A DNA stretch of 64,000 nucleotides from Actinomycetota bacterium. Its GTDB lineage: Bacteria > Actinomycetota > UBA4738 > HRBIN12. The translations under genes were made by a program, and so were the position numbers. Shown piece by piece: positions 63,072 to 64,000 of this stretch; the first letter of the stretch is position 1; the number at the start of each line of letters is the position of its first letter. The stretch is from assembly GCA_036280655.1 (NCBI GenBank), contig DASUQI010000020.1, forward strand, positions 86,049 through 150,048, given 5' to 3'. The notes under the pieces are model-generated. The model saw only the letters and a program-made list of their open reading frames with translations. It was not told where the DNA came from and did not search any database.

Positions 63072-63087
63072 TTGAACGGCCGTTCAA
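63072..63087. promoter_or_regulatory. A 16-bp perfect palindrome TTGAACGGCCGTTCAA about 120 bp upstream of the aceA start, a candidate operator.
   Basis: The perfect inverted repeat is read directly. It lies in the aceA 5' region. Confidence 0.3.
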
Positions 63088-63402
63088 ACACGGCCTCAGT
63101 CTGCCAGAAGCGTCTCGCGCGCGCAAGGGTCATCGCTCGGCGGGCGGCTCGGAGGCGCCGACGGCCTCGGAGGTCGCCTCGGGCTCCGAACGCTCGGATC
63201 CCGCCCGACTCGCGGGGTCCGCCCGGCGGTCGCGCACGAACAGGATCCATCCGGCCGCCGAGACCACGGCTGCGGCCGCGATCAGCAGGCCGAGCGCGAG
63301 CAGGAACGTCGCCTGTCGGTCCACGGGCGCGAGGCTAACGGAATCCGTCGGGGGCCATCGCCGGTCGCGGTCGTGCAAGATAGGCACGTGCGGCTGCCGG
63401 TG

Positions 63403-64000
63403 ATGCCCCCCGTCTCGCCGATGCTTTCGAAGTCCGTGAAGGACATCCCCGTCGGCCCGTTCGGCTACGAGCCGAAGTGGGACGGGTTCCGCTCGATCGT
63501 CTTCCGTGACGGGGACGAGGTCGAGATCGGGAGCCGGAACGAGCGGCCGATGACCCGGTACTTCCCCGAGGTGGTCGAGGCCGTGAAGGCCAACTTCCCG
63601 GAGCGCGCCGTGATCGACGGCGAGCTCGTCGTGCCCGACGACGAGATGCGCCGGCTGGAGTTCGAGATGCTGCAGCAGCGGATCCATCCGGCCGAGAGCC
63701 GGGTGCGGATGCTCGCCGAGCGCGTGCCGGCGCACTTCGTGGCGTTCGACCTGCTCGCGCTCGGAGACGACGACTACACGCGATGGCCGTTCTCCAAACG
63801 GCGCGCGTCGCTCGTGCGGGCGCTGAAGAAGGCCCGGTCGCCGATCCACGTCACCCCGGCGACGACCGACGTCGGGGTCGCGAAGCAGTGGTTCGACGAG
63901 TTCGAGGGAGCGGGGCTCGACGGCGTGGTCGCCAAGCCGCTCGAAGGGACGTACCAGCCCGACAAGCGCGTGATGTTCAAGATCAAGCACGAGCGCACCG
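63403..64000 (+). CDS. ATP-dependent DNA ligase (LigC/LigD ligase-domain type), 3'-partial as it runs off the window end.
   Basis: The frame is open from ATG 63403 to the window end. The adenylation motif I is ...FGYEPKWDGFRSIVFRDGDEVEIGSRN..., with KxDGxR as the active-site lysine. It is absent from the ORF table only because no stop occurs within the window. Confidence 0.8.
   Translation, partial: MPPVSPMLSKSVKDIPVGPFGYEPKWDGFRSIVFRDGDEVEIGSRNERPMTRYFPEVVEAVKANFPERAVIDGELVVPDDEMRRLEFEMLQQRIHPAESRVRMLAERVPAHFVAFDLLALGDDDYTRWPFSKRRASLVRALKKARSPIHVTPATTDVGVAKQWFDEFEGAGLDGVVAKPLEGTYQPDKRVMFKIKHERT

Noticed and set aside
63130-63990. 286-aa ORF on the minus strand.
   Set aside because: Most of it is antisense to the conserved ATP-dependent DNA ligase gene (KWDGFR motif) on the + strand. 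Only its last roughly 64 codons (a possible GTG-start small membrane protein at about 63130..63324) could be real, and support is too weak to list.

Overview
This is a high-GC (about 72%) actinobacterial chromosomal segment that is gene-dense on both strands, with many 4-nt ATGA/GTGA stop-start overlaps. The dominant theme is a hypoxia/redox-balancing island. At the left edge sit a trehalose-6-phosphate-phosphatase-like gene, separated from a GH65 glycoside phosphorylase domain by what looks like a 1-nt frameshift, and an Hsp20 alpha-crystallin gene. Next is a complete group-3b (sulfhydrogenase-type, four-subunit) [NiFe]-hydrogenase operon (hydB-hydG-small-large-protease) followed by hypF-hypC-hypD-hypE. 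Also here are a pntAA-pntAB-pntB-malic enzyme-gdhA gene string, pyruvate:ferredoxin oxidoreductase coupled to a PyrD-like protein, and a DosR-like response regulator with a single-GAF sensor kinase. A 26-bp perfect palindrome resembling a DosR box sits in the divergent hydrogenase promoter. The window also holds a decayed ABC exporter (truncated ATPase, permease with two frameshifts). An unusual cluster further along comprises a pyruvyl transferase, a reductase-adenylation fusion protein, a hypothetical protein, a GMC oxidoreductase and a small membrane protein. Remaining content includes an ArsR/SRPBCC pair, a PQQ sugar dehydrogenase, an orphan CoxL-like molybdoenzyme subunit, an S9 peptidase, ECF sigma/anti-sigma genes, a second gdhA paralog, crgA, a penicillin-acylase-family gene, fadD-GNAT-HAD genes, a DapA-family gene, two coupled small metal-binding proteins, isocitrate lyase and the 5' end of an ATP-dependent DNA ligase. 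No rRNA, tRNA, CRISPR array or transposase was recognised.
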